DNA from: the human T2T-CHM13v2.0 reference genome, Homo sapiens
Assembly (NCBI GenBank): GCA_009914755.4
Contig: CP086569.2
Coordinates: 20,640,001 to 20,704,000 of the forward strand
Direction: 5' to 3'
DNA length: 64,000 bases
Each line of letters begins with the position of its first letter. The first letter of the stretch is position 1. Positions 44,753 through 61,900 of the stretch are shown here, one piece after another. The notes beneath the pieces were generated by a model. The model did no database searches. It was not told where the DNA came from and saw only the letters and a program-made list of their open reading frames with translations. The position numbers and the translations under genes were made by a program.

Positions 44753-46234
44753 TATATACATACATATATATGTGTGTGTGTATATATTATGTAACAGAAA
44801 AAAGCAGAATGACAGTCCTAGTTCCTTATAAAGCAGACTTCATACCAACAAAGATCAAAAAAGGAAAGGACATTTCATAATGTCAAAGGGATCAGTTCAA
44901 CAAGAAGAGCTAACTCTCCTAAATATATATGCACCCAACACAGGAACACCCATATCTATAAAGCAAGATCTTAGAGACCTTCAAAGAGACTTTGACTCCC
45001 AAAGAGTAATAATGGGAGTCTTTAACAACCCACTGACAATGTTAGACAGATCATCAAAAAAAAAAAAAAAAAGTTAACAAACATATTTAAGACTTGAGCT
45101 CCACTTTGGATTAAATAGACCTGATATATATCTACAGAACTATTCACCCAAGAGCAACAGAATATACACTCTTCTTTGTGCCACATGGCACTCACTCTAT
45201 AATTGATCATATAATCAAAAGTAAAACACTCCTTAGCCAATGCAAAACAACGAAATCACAACAACAATTCTCTTTGACCACAGCAGAATCAAATTAGAAC
45301 TCAAGACTAAGAAATTTACTCAAATCTATACAATTATATGGAAATTGAATGATCAGCTTCTCCATGACTTTTGCATAAATAATGGAATTATGTCAGAAAT
45401 CAAGAAATTCTTTGAAACTGAGAACAAAGATACAATGAACCAGAATCTCTGTAACGCAGCTAATACAGTGTTAAGAGGGAAATCTGTAGCATTAAATGCC
45501 CACGTCCAAAAGCTAGCAAGATCCCAAGTTAGCAATCTAAAATCACAACTAAAAGAACTAGAGAAACGTGAGCAAAGAAATCCCAAGTCTTGTAGAACAC
45601 AAGAAATACTCAAAATCAGAGCTGAACTGAGGGAGATATAGACAAAAAAAAACTCAAAAAATCAACAAATACAGAAGCTTCTTTTTTGAAAAGCTAAAGT
45701 AGATGGACTGTTGGCTAAACTGATAAGGAAAAAAAGAACATTCAAAACAACACAATAAGATATGATAAGGGGAGTATTACCACTGACCTCACAGAAATAC
45801 GACCAACCATCAGATGATTTTATATAAAAACCTCTAGACACATAAATTAGAAAATCTAGAATAAAAAGATCCATTCCTGGACACTTACACGCTCCCAAAA
45901 CTGAATTAGGAAGAAATTGAATCTGTGAACAGACCACGAATGAGCTCTGAATTTGAGGCAGAATTAAATAGCCTACCAACCAAAAAAACTCAGGACAGGA
46001 TGCATTTACAGGTGAATTCTATCAGATGTACAAAGAATCACTGGCACCATTTCTACAGAAACTATTTTTAAGAATTGAAAAGGATGAGTTTTTTTTTAAC
46101 TTATCATTTAATTTTAAGAATATTACAAGTTTAAAACTTTAATTTTTAAAATAGAAAACAATGACTTTTTCCTACCTCTGTGAGTCCAGAATCATCCTAA
46201 TAATTTTCATTAAAAAGAATTTCAGGGGAGTTGT

Positions 46235-50215
<3,981 letters not shown>

Positions 50216-51609
50216 TTCTCAGCAAACTATTGCAATGACATCCTTATACTGTCTTCAAGGAATTCATCTCACATGTAATGATTCCTACAGTCTCAAAATG
50301 AAAAGATGGAGAGAGATTTATCACATAAATAGCAAACCAAAGAGAGAGAGACAGAGGGAAAAGAGAGAGAGTTGCTATATTTGTATTAGATGAAAGAGGC
50401 TTTAAGTCAACAACAGTAAAAAAAAGTCATTAAATGATAATAAACAGTTTAATTCAGCAAGAAGAATTAACCACTATAAATATACATACAAGCAAAATTG
50501 AAATACCTAGATTTATAAAATGATTGCTTCTCAATGTAAGAAAAGGTCTTCACAATACTAATGAGAAACTTCAACACCATACTGAAATCTCTAGACAGAT
50601 TATTGTGAAATAAACTAAGAAATTCTGAACTTAAATTGAATACTAGACCAATTCGGCCTAACAGACATGTACAAAATACTACAACAAACAACCATAAAAT
50701 ATGCATTCTTCTCAACCACACAAGAAACATTCTTGAAAATTGACCTTATTTTATTTTAAAGTCTCAATAAATTTTATAAATTTAAAATTATACTAACCAA
50801 CTTCTTGGTCTACAATGAAATAAATATAAAAGCCAATGCCAAGAAAAATCTCAAAAACACACAAATACATGAAAACTAAACCACTTACTCTGCATAACAT
50901 TTGAATACACAACAAAATTAAGGTAGAAATCAAAATATTATTTGAAACAAATAAATGTAGAAAAAATACCAAAACCTCTGAAATGTGGTAAAAGCAGTGT
51001 TAAGGGGAAGTTTATGAATATTAAATGTCTACACGAAGAAGATACATCTGAAATTTCCAACATTACCTTGCATGTAAAGAACCTAGAAAATCAAGAAAAA
51101 AAAAAACTATACCCAAAGCTGCAGGAAAAAAAAAAAAAAAAGAATCAGAGCATAATTAAATGAAATTGAAACCCCTGGAAGCCATAAATGGGATAAATAA
51201 GATCAATAGACCACTAACTAGACTATCAACATAAAAGAGAGGCTGGACCCAATAAGCACAGGCAGAAATGACAAATCTGACACCAAAACTGCTCCCACAA
51301 AAGTACAAAAGAGCCTCAGAAGCTACTATAAACCTTTCCAGGCATACAAACTAGGAAATTTAAAGGAAATTAATAAATTCCTAAAATCACAGAATCTTCA
51401 AATAATGAACAAAGAAGAACAAAAATCATAAACAGACTAATAAAGGGTAATAAAATTGAATCAGTAATAAAAAATCATTAGCCCCCCAAAAAAGTCCTGT
51501 ACCAAAAAGCTTCACAGCCATTTTTTTTCAGAGATACTAAAAAGCTGGTAGAAATACTACTGAAACTATTCAAAAATAAAAAATAAAATAAAAAGGAAAG
51601 AATAATAAT

Positions 51610-51919
51610 TTTTTTTTTTTTTTTGAGACAGATTCTGGCTCTGTAGCCTAGACTGGCTCTGTAGCCCAGACTGGCTCTGTAGTCCAGACAATGGCACGAC
51701 CTCTGCTCACTGCAACCTCCGCCTCCCAGTTCAAGCAATTCTCCTGTCTCAGCCTCCCAATTAGTTGGGAATACAAGTGCCCGCCACTACACCCAGCTAA
51801 TTTTTGTGTTTTTAGTAGAGACAGGGTTTCACCATGTTGGGCAGGATGGTCTTGAAATTCTGACTTCATGATTTGCTCACTTCAGCCTCCCAAAGTGCTG
51901 AAATTACAGGTGTGACTCC
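51610..51919 (-). mobile_element. Alu SINE, minus orientation, with an internal 17-bp tandem triplication
   Basis: Poly-T then gagacagattctggctctgtagcctagactggctctgtagcccagactggctctgtagtccagacaatggcacgacctctgctcactgcaacctccgcctcccagttcaagc... Confidence 0.9.
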
Positions 51920-52649
51920 TAATTTATTCTATGTAATAACTATTATCCTGATACTCAAATCTGGCAAAGGCACAACAAAATAGAAAACCACAGACAAGTA
52001 ACCTCAATGATTGTAGATAGAAAAATTATCAACAAAATATTAGCAACCCAAATCCAGAATTACATCAAAAAGTTTATGCACTATTATCTAGATGGCTTTA
52101 TTCATGGAATTTCAAGATAATTTAATATAGGTAAATCAATAAATGTAATTAAACAAAAAAACTGAAATCATATAATTATCTCAATAATGCAAAACATGCT
52201 TTTGATAAGATTCAATATGTCATAATAAAATCACTAAATACGCTAGGCATCAAAAGAACATCACTCAAAATAATAAGAGCCATCTTTGACAAACACACAG
52301 CCAATATCATGCTGAATGAGAAAATTGATAGCATTCTCCCTACAAGCTTAACAAGATAAGAATGTCCATTCTTATCTATCTTACTCAGCTTGGTATTGCA
52401 AGTCCTAAACACAGCAATCAGACAAGGGAAAGAAATAGAAGACACACAATTAAGAAAAAGAAGAGGTAAAAATATCTCTTTGCAGACAGTATGATTCTAT
52501 ACGTAGAAAATCCTAAATATTTTACAAAAAGGCTCTTTCAGAAGAACAAATTCAGCGAGTGTCATGATATAAAATCAGTGTGCAAAAATAAGTAACTTTT
52601 TTACACACTGATAATTTTCAGGCTGAGATCCAAATAAAGAATGCAATTT

Positions 52650-52922
52650 GGCCAGGCATGTGTGTCATATCTGTAATCCCATAACTTTGGGAGGCCAAGC
52701 TGGGTGTATCCTTTGACACAAGCCTGGGCAACATGGAGAAACCTTGCCGCTACAAAAAATACCAAAATTAGCTGGGTGTGATGGTGCATGCCTGTAGTCC
52801 CAGCTAATCAGGAGGGCATGAAAATCTCTTCGACCTGGGAGGTGGTGGTTATATATAGTTAGCAGAGGTTGTGCAACTGCACTCTAACCTAAGACACAGG
52901 GTGAGGTCCTATAATAAAAAAA
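52650..52922 (+). mobile_element. Alu SINE (old, diverged), plus orientation
   Basis: ggccaggcatgtgtgtcatatctgtaatcccataactttgggaggccaagctgggtgtatcctttgacacaagcctgggcaacatggagaaaccttgccgctac... Confidence 0.85.
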
Positions 52923-53429
52923 GTGAAATTTCACTTACAGTAGCCATAAAAATGGGAATATAGCTAACCAGGAAGGTGAAAAATCTCTGCAAGGGGAATC
53001 AAAAACATTGCTAAAAGAACTCATAGATAACACAAACAAATAACAAAGCATTTAATGGAAATTAGCTGAAAAAATTAATATTGTTGAACTGTCATCTGCT
53101 TAAAGAAATCTAGAGATTCAGTGCTATTCTGAACAAATCACTAACATTATTTTTCACAGAAATTACATGAAAATTTCTGAAGTTTATCTGGAATCAAAAA
53201 ATTGCCTGAATAACAAAAGTGATCCCCCCAAACCAGACAAAGGACAGGGGCTTTATATTACTCAACTTCAAATCAAACAATAAGGTTACAATAACAAAAA
53301 TAGCATCATATTGATACAAAAAAATAGATACATAGTTTAATGGAAAATAATAGAGAGTCCAGAAATGTAGTTGTACATCTACTACCAATTAATCGTCAAC
53401 CAAAGTTGACATAAAAATAAACAATAGGG

Positions 53430-54790
53430 TTTTGATTTGCATTTCTCTAATGACCAGTGATGATGAGCTATTTTTCATATGTTTGTTGGCTGCATAAATG
53501 TCTTCTTTTGAGAAGTGTCTGTTCATATCCTTTGCCTCTTTTTTTAATGGGGTTGTTTTTTTCTTGTAAAGTTGTTTTAGTTCCTTGTGGATTCTGCTTA
53601 TTAGCCCTTTGTCAGATGGATAGATTGCAAAAATATTCTTTCATTCTATAGGTTGCCCGTCCAGTCTATTGATAGTTTCTTTTGCTGTGCAGAAGCTCTT
53701 TGGTTTAATTAGATCTCATTTGTCTATTTTTGCTTTTGCTGCCATTGGTTTTGGTCTTTTATTCCTGAAGTCTTTGCCCTTGCCTATGTTCTGAATGGTA
53801 TTGCCTATGCTTTATTCTAGTATTTATGTAATTTTAAGTTTTACATTTAAGTCTTTAATCCATCTTGAATTAATTTTTGTGTAAGGTGTAAGGAAGGGGT
53901 CCAGTTGCAGTTTTCTGCATATGGTTAGCCAGTTTCCCCAGCACCATTTATTAAATAGATAATCCTTTTCCCATTGCTTGTTTTGGTCAGGTTTTTTGAA
54001 GATCAGATAGTTGTAGATGTAATTCTGAGGTCTCTGTTCTGTTCCATTCATCTATATGTCTGTTTTGGTATCAGTACACATCAGTTAGAAGGGTGATCAT
54101 TAACAAGTCAGGAAACAACAGATGCTGGAGAGGATGTGGAGAAATAGGAATGCTTTTACACTTTTGGTAGGAGTGTAAACTAGTTCAACCATTGTGGAAG
54201 GCAATGTGGCGATTGAAGTATCTAGAACAAGAAATACCATTTGACTCAGCAATCCCATTACTGGGTATATACCTAAAGGATTATAAATTATTCTTTGATA
54301 AAAACACATGCTCATGTATGTTTACTGTGGCACTGTTCACAATAGCCAAGACTTGGAACCAACCCAAATGCCTATCAGTGATAGATGGATAAAGAAAATG
54401 TGACACACACACACCATGAAATACTACGCAGCCACAAAAAAAGGATGAGTTCATATCCTTTTCAGGGAGGTGGATGAGGCTGGAAACCATCATTCTCAGC
54501 AAACTAACACAGGAACAGAAAGTCAAACACCCTATGTTCTCACTCATAAGTGGGAGCTGAACAATGAGAACACATGGACACAGGGAGGGGAACATTACAC
54601 ACCAGGGTCTGTTGTTGGGTGGTGGGCTAGAGGAGCATTAGGAGAAATACCTAATGTAGATGACGGGTTGATGGGTGCAGCAAACCACCATGGCATGTGT
54701 ATACCTATGTAACAAACCTACTCATTCTGTACATAAACCTTGGAACTTAAGGTATAATAATAATAATTATTATTATTATTAATAAGTAGT
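53430..54790. mobile_element. Twin-primed (5'-inverted) LINE-1 insertion: inverted ORF2 segment 53430-54080 (antisense) abutting the sense 3' end segment 54085-54790
   Basis: Antisense ttttgatttgcatttctctaatgaccagtgatgatgagctatttttcatatgtttgttggctgcataaatgtcttcttttgagaagtgtctgttcatatcc... is followed directly by sense tcagttagaagggtgatcattaacaagtcaggaaacaacagatgctggagaggatgtggagaaataggaatgcttttacac...ggtataataataataattattattatt (L1 3' terminus). The two segments are adjacent in L1 coordinates. Confidence 0.75.
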
Positions 54791-54799
54791 TCTGGAAAA

Positions 54800-55460
54800 T
54801 TACAAATAATAAAATATTTTCCTAAAACTTGTTTCTGTACAATAAATGGGTGAAAAGAGAATTTAAAAAATCAAAAAATACCTTGAGATTACAAAAATGG
54901 AAATAAATTATCACAAACTTATGGAATACAGCAAAGTAGTGTTACAGGGTAAGTTTATAGCAGTAAGCACAAAAAAGAGAAATATTTCATATAAGCACTT
55001 TAATGTTATACCTCAAGATACAGGGAAATAGGCACAAAGTTTAAAGAGGTTAGAAAAAATAAAGATTAACATAAATAAACAAAATAGACACAAGAAAAAT
55101 AATTGAATATCCAAAGCAGAGTAAGAGTTGGTGTTTGAAAAATATAGAAAATGTTGGCAAACCTTTATTTAAATTAATTAAGAAAGATAAAGACTAAAGT
55201 AAATAATATTATAAATAAAAGAGCAGCTATTACATGTGATAACACAAAATCCAGGATTATAAAACAATCTTGCTAACAATTGTATGCTAAAAAATAACTG
55301 GAATACATGAAATAAATGAATAAAATTTTAGACACATAAAACCTACAAAAAGTCAGTCATAAAAATAGTAAATCTATAAAGACAAATATTGAATAAAATA
55401 TTAAGTTAAAAATAAAATTTATCTGATGAATTAAAAGCATAAGAATTACAATATTAGCAA
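54800..55460 (+). mobile_element. Old LINE-1 ORF2 N-terminal (endonuclease-region) fragment, sense
   Basis: ...cacaaacttatggaatacagcaaagtagtgttacagggtaagtttatagcagtaagcacaaaaaagagaaatatttcatataagcactttaatg...agcagagtaagagttggtgtttgaaaaatatagaaaatg... parallels the L1M ORF2 N-terminus. Confidence 0.5.
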
Positions 55461-56506
55461 GATGGCACAATAGGACAGTGAAGACCAGGGTTACAAATTT
55501 TCAAGTAAAAATTTGGAATTCAGTACTGAAGCCAAGCTCATCTTTCATATGGCTTAGGTAAGTGCTTGGCTTGATTGTGTCTATGCCCTAGGGCTTTCTG
55601 GAATGCTGAATTTAGGAATATGAGTTATTTTTCAGAAGAAATTTCTAAGCAACAAAGCATTCAAGATGTAGTGTGGCTGCTTGTAACCACCTATGATTAG
55701 ATATGAGAACAAAGAAGTGACTTAAGATTGAAACATAATTAAAAGTGAAGCAGAGCAAATGAAATATTTACAGCTTGGCCATGTGTTAGAAAAAGAAAGG
55801 ATTTTCAGGAGAGGAATCCAGGTAGAGCTGTGAAACAACCACTTGCTAGGGAGATTAAACATAAGAAAACCAGGTGCTAATATTCAGAATAATGAATACA
55901 CTAAAGGTATTCCAGAAACCTTCCAAGTTGCATCTTCCATCACAGCATCAGGGACGTAAGAGAACAAACTTGTTTTGAGAGTTGTGTCAAGCACACTGCT
56001 TTTCTGTGCCACCTCAAGATGCAGCTCCCACATCATGGTCAATCTGTCTCCAACTGGAGCCTTAAGAGCCTCAGGTACAGCTCAGTCTACCACTCAGAAT
56101 AGTGCAAGCCATAAGACTGCATGCTTTAGATGAAGAATTAGATCATAGTGGTGAAGCCTTTGAAGCTTTCACCTAGATTTCAAAAAAATATGCTAAAAAG
56201 CCTAGGTGGTAATGCATAAGCCTCTGGGAGCAGGAGAGTTCCAACATAGAGACTCAACAAAAGCAGTGAAAAAGGGAAATGTGTGGTTGGAGACTTCAAA
56301 CACAGTATGCGTAGTGGAAATGTGGAAATGGTGCTGCCACCCTACAGACTTCAGAATTGTAGAGCCACTGGCAGATTTATCTTCAGCCTGGAAGAACAAC
56401 AGTCATTTAACTCCACCCTTTGAGAGCAGCCATGGTGACAAGTGTGTATACATTGTATACATTGCCTAGACATCAAGTCAAAAGATATCATTTTGAAGTT
56501 TTCAAA

Positions 56507-56805
56507 TTTTTGCTTTGTTTGGTTTGAGAAGGAATCTCACTCTGTCACCCAGGCTGGAATCTGGTGGCACGATCATAGCTCACAGCAACCTCCACCTCCC
56601 TGGTTCAAGTGATTCTTCTGTCTCAGCATTGCAAGTAACTGGGATTACAGGCACTTGCCACCATGCCCAGCTAATATTTGTATATTAGTAGTGATGGTTT
56701 TCACCATGTTGGCCAGGTTGTTCTTGCACTCCTGGACTCAAGTTACCAACCCACCTCAGCGTCTCAAACTGCTAGGATTACAGGCATGAGACACCACACC
56801 TGGCC
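56507..56805 (-). mobile_element. Alu SINE, minus orientation
   Basis: tttgctttgtttggtttgagaaggaatctcactctgtcacccaggctggaatctggtggcacgatcatagctcacagcaacc...ctaggattacaggcatgagacaccacacctggcc. The flanks read gaagttttcaaa and gaagctttcaag. Confidence 0.9.
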
Positions 56806-57099
56806 TGAAGCTTTCAAGTTTAATGTCTGCCGTCTGGATTTTGAAATTTGTGGAGACTTTTATCTACATTTTTGGCTGGTTTTTCCCTTTTGGGATGAGA
56901 ACGTTTATGCAAACCTATACCATCACTGTATCTTGACAGTAAATAATTTTTTAATTATTATTATATCTTATATGGAAATAACTTTCTTAGAGTCTAAGAT
57001 AAGAATTTGGACTTTGGACTCTTGAGTTGATACTAAAATGAATTAAGACTCCGGGGATGAGAGGATTGTATTTTGTAATGACAAAGACAGAGTATTTGG

Positions 57100-57540
57100 G
57101 TGCCAGAAGTAAAAAAATATACTTTGCATGATTGTGACCTATAAATCTTATGTTGAAATTTGATCCCCAATGTTGGGGATGGGGCCTAGTGTGACGTATT
57201 TGGATCATGGTGGCAGATCACTCATGAGTGACTGTGTGCTGTCATTGTGGGAATAAATGAGTTTTAACTCTATTAGTTCCCTTGAGACTTGATTGTTCAA
57301 ATAAGCCTGATATCTCTCTTTGTTTTCTCTTGCTCCGTTTTTGACCATGTGTCATACCTCTCTTCCCTTCGCCATATTCCATAATTAGAAACTTCCTAAC
57401 GTTCTTATCAAAAGCAGATGCAGGTATTATTCTTAAACATCATGCAGACCTATGAGCCAAGTTAAACTGCTTTTTAAATAAATTGCCCAGCCTCAGGTGT
57501 TCTTTTATATCAACACAAAACAGACTAACACAGTCATATT
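57100..57540 (+). mobile_element. MaLR solo LTR (THE1/MST-like), sense
   Basis: tgtgacctataaatcttatgttgaaatttgatccccaatgttggggatggggcctagtgtgacgtatttggatcatggtggcagatcactcatgagtgactgtgtgctgtcattgtgggaataaatgagttttaactctattagttcccttgagac...ccatgtgtcatacctctcttcccttcgccatattccataattagaaacttcctaacg...aaactgctttttaaataaattgcccagcctcaggtgttcttttatatcaacacaaaacagactaacacag. Confidence 0.8.
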
Positions 57541-57819
57541 GAATAAGAATAGATACATTTTTACAGTTAAAAAACACAGTGTGGCTGAATGCATTAAAAA
57601 ACAAGACCCAAATATATTCTGCCTTCCAGAGGCTCACATCACCTGTAAGGACATAGTAGACTGCAAGTAAAATAATGGAAGAGAAATTTTTCATGCAAAT
57701 GAAAACCATGAAAGATCAGTTTATGTAAGATAAAGTTTAAGACAAAAACTGTGCAAAACCAAAAAGATTATTATACAATGACAAGGAGTCAACTTAGCAT
57801 GAGAATGTAACAATTATAA

Positions 57820-57995
57820 GTATATATACACACACATATATGTGTCATAAATATATATTTTTACATCTATGTATATAAATTTATATGTATAAATATATAT
57901 TTATATATAAATATATGTATATATGTATATGTATATATATATAAATATATGTATATATGTATATGTATATACATATAAAAATATATATGTGTATG
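57820..57995. repeat. (TATATG)n/(TA)n compound microsatellite
   Basis: tatatatacacacacatatatgtgtcataaatatatatttttacatctatgtatataaatttatatgtataaatatatatttatatataaatatatgtatatatgtatatgtatatatatataaatatatg... Confidence 0.85.
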
Positions 57996-58200
57996 CCCCA
58001 AGCATTGGAACAGCTAAATACATAAAGCAAATATTATAGGCCTAAGGATGAAATTACCTGCAATAAAAGAACATCAAAAAACTTCCACATCTTACTTATA
58101 TCCATGGACAAAACATCAAATAGGAAATCAGCAAATAATCACCAGAGTTATATTGCTTTCAAAACAAATAACTCTAACAGACATTTACAGACCATTACCT

Positions 58201-58479
58201 TTTTTTTTTTTTTTAGTTGAAGTTTTGCTCTTGTTGCCCAGGATGAAGTTTTGCTCAAGTTGCAATGGCATAATGTTGGCTCACTGAAACATCTGCCTCC
58301 AGATTCAAGCAAATCTCCTGCCTCAGCCTCCCAAGTAGCTGGGATTACAGGTGCCTACCACCACATGGGGGTATTTTTTTGTATTTTTACTAGAGATTGG
58401 GTATAGCCATGTTCACCAGGTTGGTCTCCAACTCCTGGCCATGTGCTGGGATTACAGGCATGAGCCACTGCACCTGGCC
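58201..58479 (-). mobile_element. Alu SINE, minus orientation, target-site duplication (c/a)cattaccttt
   Basis: (T)14 then agttgaagttttgctcttgttgcccaggatgaagttttgctcaagttgcaatggcataatgttggctcactgaaac...gctgggattacaggcatgagccactgcacctggcc. The flanks read gaccattacct and gaacattaccttt. Has an internal 12-bp duplication and a right-arm deletion. Confidence 0.9.
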
Positions 58480-58539
58480 AGAACATTACCTTTAACATAT
58501 ATATAATCTAGCTATTTGTAAAAGTAGAAAAAAAACATA

Positions 58540-58920
58540 TATGTTAGGCTTCTGAGAAAAGTGAACACTTATACACTGTTGGTCAAAATGTAAATTACTT
58601 AAACCAGTCTAAAAACTAGCTTAGAGATTTTGCAAAGAATGAAAAATGGAACTACCATTTGCTCCACTGCTAAGAAGTAATCTTAGCACTAGACATATAA
58701 CCAAAACTATATCTTGTTCTAACAAAAAGACACATGCACTTATGTGTCTGTTGCAGCACTCTATTCATTACAGCTAAGACACAGAATAAACCCAGGTGCA
58801 TATCAATAGTGAATTGGATAAAGAAAATGTGGTACATGTATACCATAAACTACGATACACTCATAAACAGAACAACATCCTGTTCTTCACAGCAATATGG
58901 ATACAGCTGGGGAGTTCTTT
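58540..58920 (+). mobile_element. Old LINE-1 ORF2 3' fragment, sense
   Basis: ...gaacacttatacactgttggtcaaaatgtaaattacttaaaccagtctaaaaactagcttagagattttgcaaagaatgaaaaatggaactaccatttgctccactgctaagaagtaatcttagcactagacatataaccaaaactatatcttgttc...cattacagctaagacacagaataaacccaggtgcatatcaatagtgaattggataaagaaaatgtggtacatgtataccataaactacg. Confidence 0.7.
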
Positions 58921-58934
58921 TTTTTTACTTTAAG

Positions 58935-61900
58935 AATATACTTTTATTGTTTTTTTAAATTATACTTTAAGTTCTAGGGTACATGTGCACAAGGTGCAGG
59001 TTTGTTACATAGGTGTACATATGCCATGTTGGTTTGCTGGACCCATCAACTCGTCATTTACATTAGATAATTCTCCTAATCCTATCCCTCCCCCAACCCC
59101 TCAACCCCTGACTGACCCCAGTGTGTGATGTTCCGCCACACTGTGTCCTTGTGTTTTCGTTGTTCAGCTCCCCACTATGAGTGAGAGCATGTGGTGTTTG
59201 GTTTTCTGTCCTTCTGATAGTTTGCTTGGAATGATGGTTTCCAGCTTCATACATGTCCCTGAATCTTTTTTATGGTTGCATAGTATTCCGTGATGTACAT
59301 GTGCCACAATTTCTTAATCCAGTCTATCACTCATGGACATTTGAGTTGGTTCCAAGTCTTTGCTATTGTGAATAATGCTGCAAGAAACATATGTGTGCAT
59401 GTGTCTTTATCATAGAATGATTTATAATCCTTTGGGTATATGCCCAGTAATGGGATTGTTGTGTTGAATGGTATTTCTAGATTTAGATCCTAGAGGAATT
59501 GCCACACTGTCTTCCACAATGGTCGAACTAATTTACACTCCTACCAACAGTGTAAAAGTATTCCTATTTCTCCATATCATCTTCAACAGCTGTTGTTTCC
59601 TGATTTTTTAATGATTGCCATTCTACTGGCATGAGATGGTATCTCACAGTGGCTTTAATTTGCATTTCTCTGATGACCAGGGAGCATTTTTGAAAATGTC
59701 TCTTGGCTGCATAAATGTCTTCTTTTGAGAAGTGTTCATATACTTTGCCCACTTTTTGATGGGATTTTTTGTATTTTTCTTGTAAATCTGTCTAAGTTAT
59801 TTGTAGATTCTGGATGTTAGCCCTTTGTCAGATGGGCAGATTGCAAAACATTTCTCCCATTCTGTAGGTTGCCTGTTCACTCCAATGATAGTTTCTTTTG
59901 CTATGCAGAAGATCTTTAGTTTAATTAGATCCCATTTGTCAATTTTGGCTTTTGTTGCCATTGTTTTTGGAGTTTTAGTCATGAAGTCCTTGCCCATGCC
60001 TATGTCCTGAAGGGTATTACCTAGGTTTTCTTCTAGGATTTTTATGGTGTTACATTTTACATTTAAGTCTTTAATCCATTCTGAGTTAATTTTTGTATAA
60101 GGTGTAAGGAAGGGATCCAGTTTCAGCTTTCTACGTATGGCTATCCACTTTTCCCAGTACCATTTATTAAATAGGGAATCCTTTACCCATTTCTTTTTTT
60201 TTTGTCAGGTTTGTGAAAGATCAGATGGTTGTAGATGTGTGGTGTTATTTCTGAAGCCTCTGTTCCATTCCATTGGTCTATATTTCTGTTTTGGTGCCAG
60301 TGTCATGCTGTATTCGTTACTGTAGCCTTATAGTATAGTTTAAAGTCAGGTAGCATGATGTCTTCAGCTTTGTTTTTTTTGCTTAGAATTGTCTTAGCGA
60401 TGAGGGCTCTTTTTTGGTTCCATATAAACTTTAAGATAACTTTTCCAATTCTGTGAAGAAAGACAGAGGTAGCTTGATAGGGATGGCATTGACTCTATAA
60501 ATTACTTTGGGCAATATGGCCACTTTCGTGATATTAATTCTTCCTATCCATGAGCAGGGAATGTTCTTCCATTTGTTTGTGTCCTCTTTTATTTCCTTGA
60601 ACAGTGGTTTGTAGTTCCCCTTGAAGAGGTGCTTCACATCCCTTGTAGGTTGGATTCCTAGGAATTTCATTCTTTGTAGTAATTGTGAATGGGAGTTCAC
60701 TGATGATTTCTCTCTGTGATTGTCTATTATTGGCATATAAGAATGCTTATGATTTTTGCACGCTGATTTTGTATCCTGAGACTTTGCTGAAGTTGCTTAT
60801 CAGCTTAAGGAGATTTTGGGCTGAGATGATGGGTTTTTCTAAATATACAATTATGTGACTTGCAAACAGATACAATTTGACTTCCTCTTTTCATAATTGA
60901 ATAATCTTTATTTCTATCTCTTGCTTGATTTCCCTGGCCAGAACTTCCAACAGTATGTTAAATAGGAGTAATGTGGGAGGGCATCCTTGTCTTGTGCCAG
61001 TTTTCAAAGAGAATGCTTCCAGCTTTTGCCCATTCTGTATGGTATTGGTTGTAGGTTTGTCATAAATAGCTGTTATTATTTTGAGATATGTTCCACCAAT
61101 ACCTCGTTTATTTAGAGTTTTTAGCATGAACTGCTGTTGAACTTTGTCGAAGGCCTTTTCTGCATGTAGTGAGATAATCCTGTGGTTTTTGTCGTTTGTT
61201 CTGCTTATGTGATGAATTACATTACTGATTTTCATATGTTGAACCAGCCTTGCATCCCAGGGATGAAGCCAACTTGATCATGTTGGATAAGCTTTCTGAT
61301 GTGCTGCTCGATTCGGTTTGCCAGGATTTTATTGAAGATTTTTGCATCGATGTTCATCAGGGATATTGACCTAAAATTCTCTTTTTTTGTTGTGTCTCTG
61401 CCAGGCTTTTGTATCAGGATGATGCTAGCCTTGTAAAATGAGTTATGGAGGATTCTCTCTTTTTCTATTCATTGGAATAGTTTCAGAAGGAAACAGACCA
61501 GCTCCTCTTTGTACCTCTGGTAGAATGCAACTGTGAATCTGTCTGGTTCTGCACTTTTTTTGGTTGGTAGACTATTAATTATTGTCTTAATTTCAGAACA
61601 TGTTGTTGCTCTATTCAGAGATTTAACTTCTTCCTGGTTTGGTTTTGTGAGGGTGTATGTGTCCAGAAATTTATGCATTTCTTCTGGATTTTCTAGCTTA
61701 TTTGCATGGAGGTGTTTACAGTATTCTCTGATGGTAGTTTGTATTTCTGTGGGATAAGTGGTGATATTCTCTTTATCATTTTTTATTCTGTCTGTTTGAT
61801 TGTCTCCTCTTTTCTTCTTTATTAGTCTTGCTAACTGTGTATCTATTTTGTTGATATTTTCAGAAAACCAGCTCCTGGGTTCATTGATTTTTTGAAGGGT

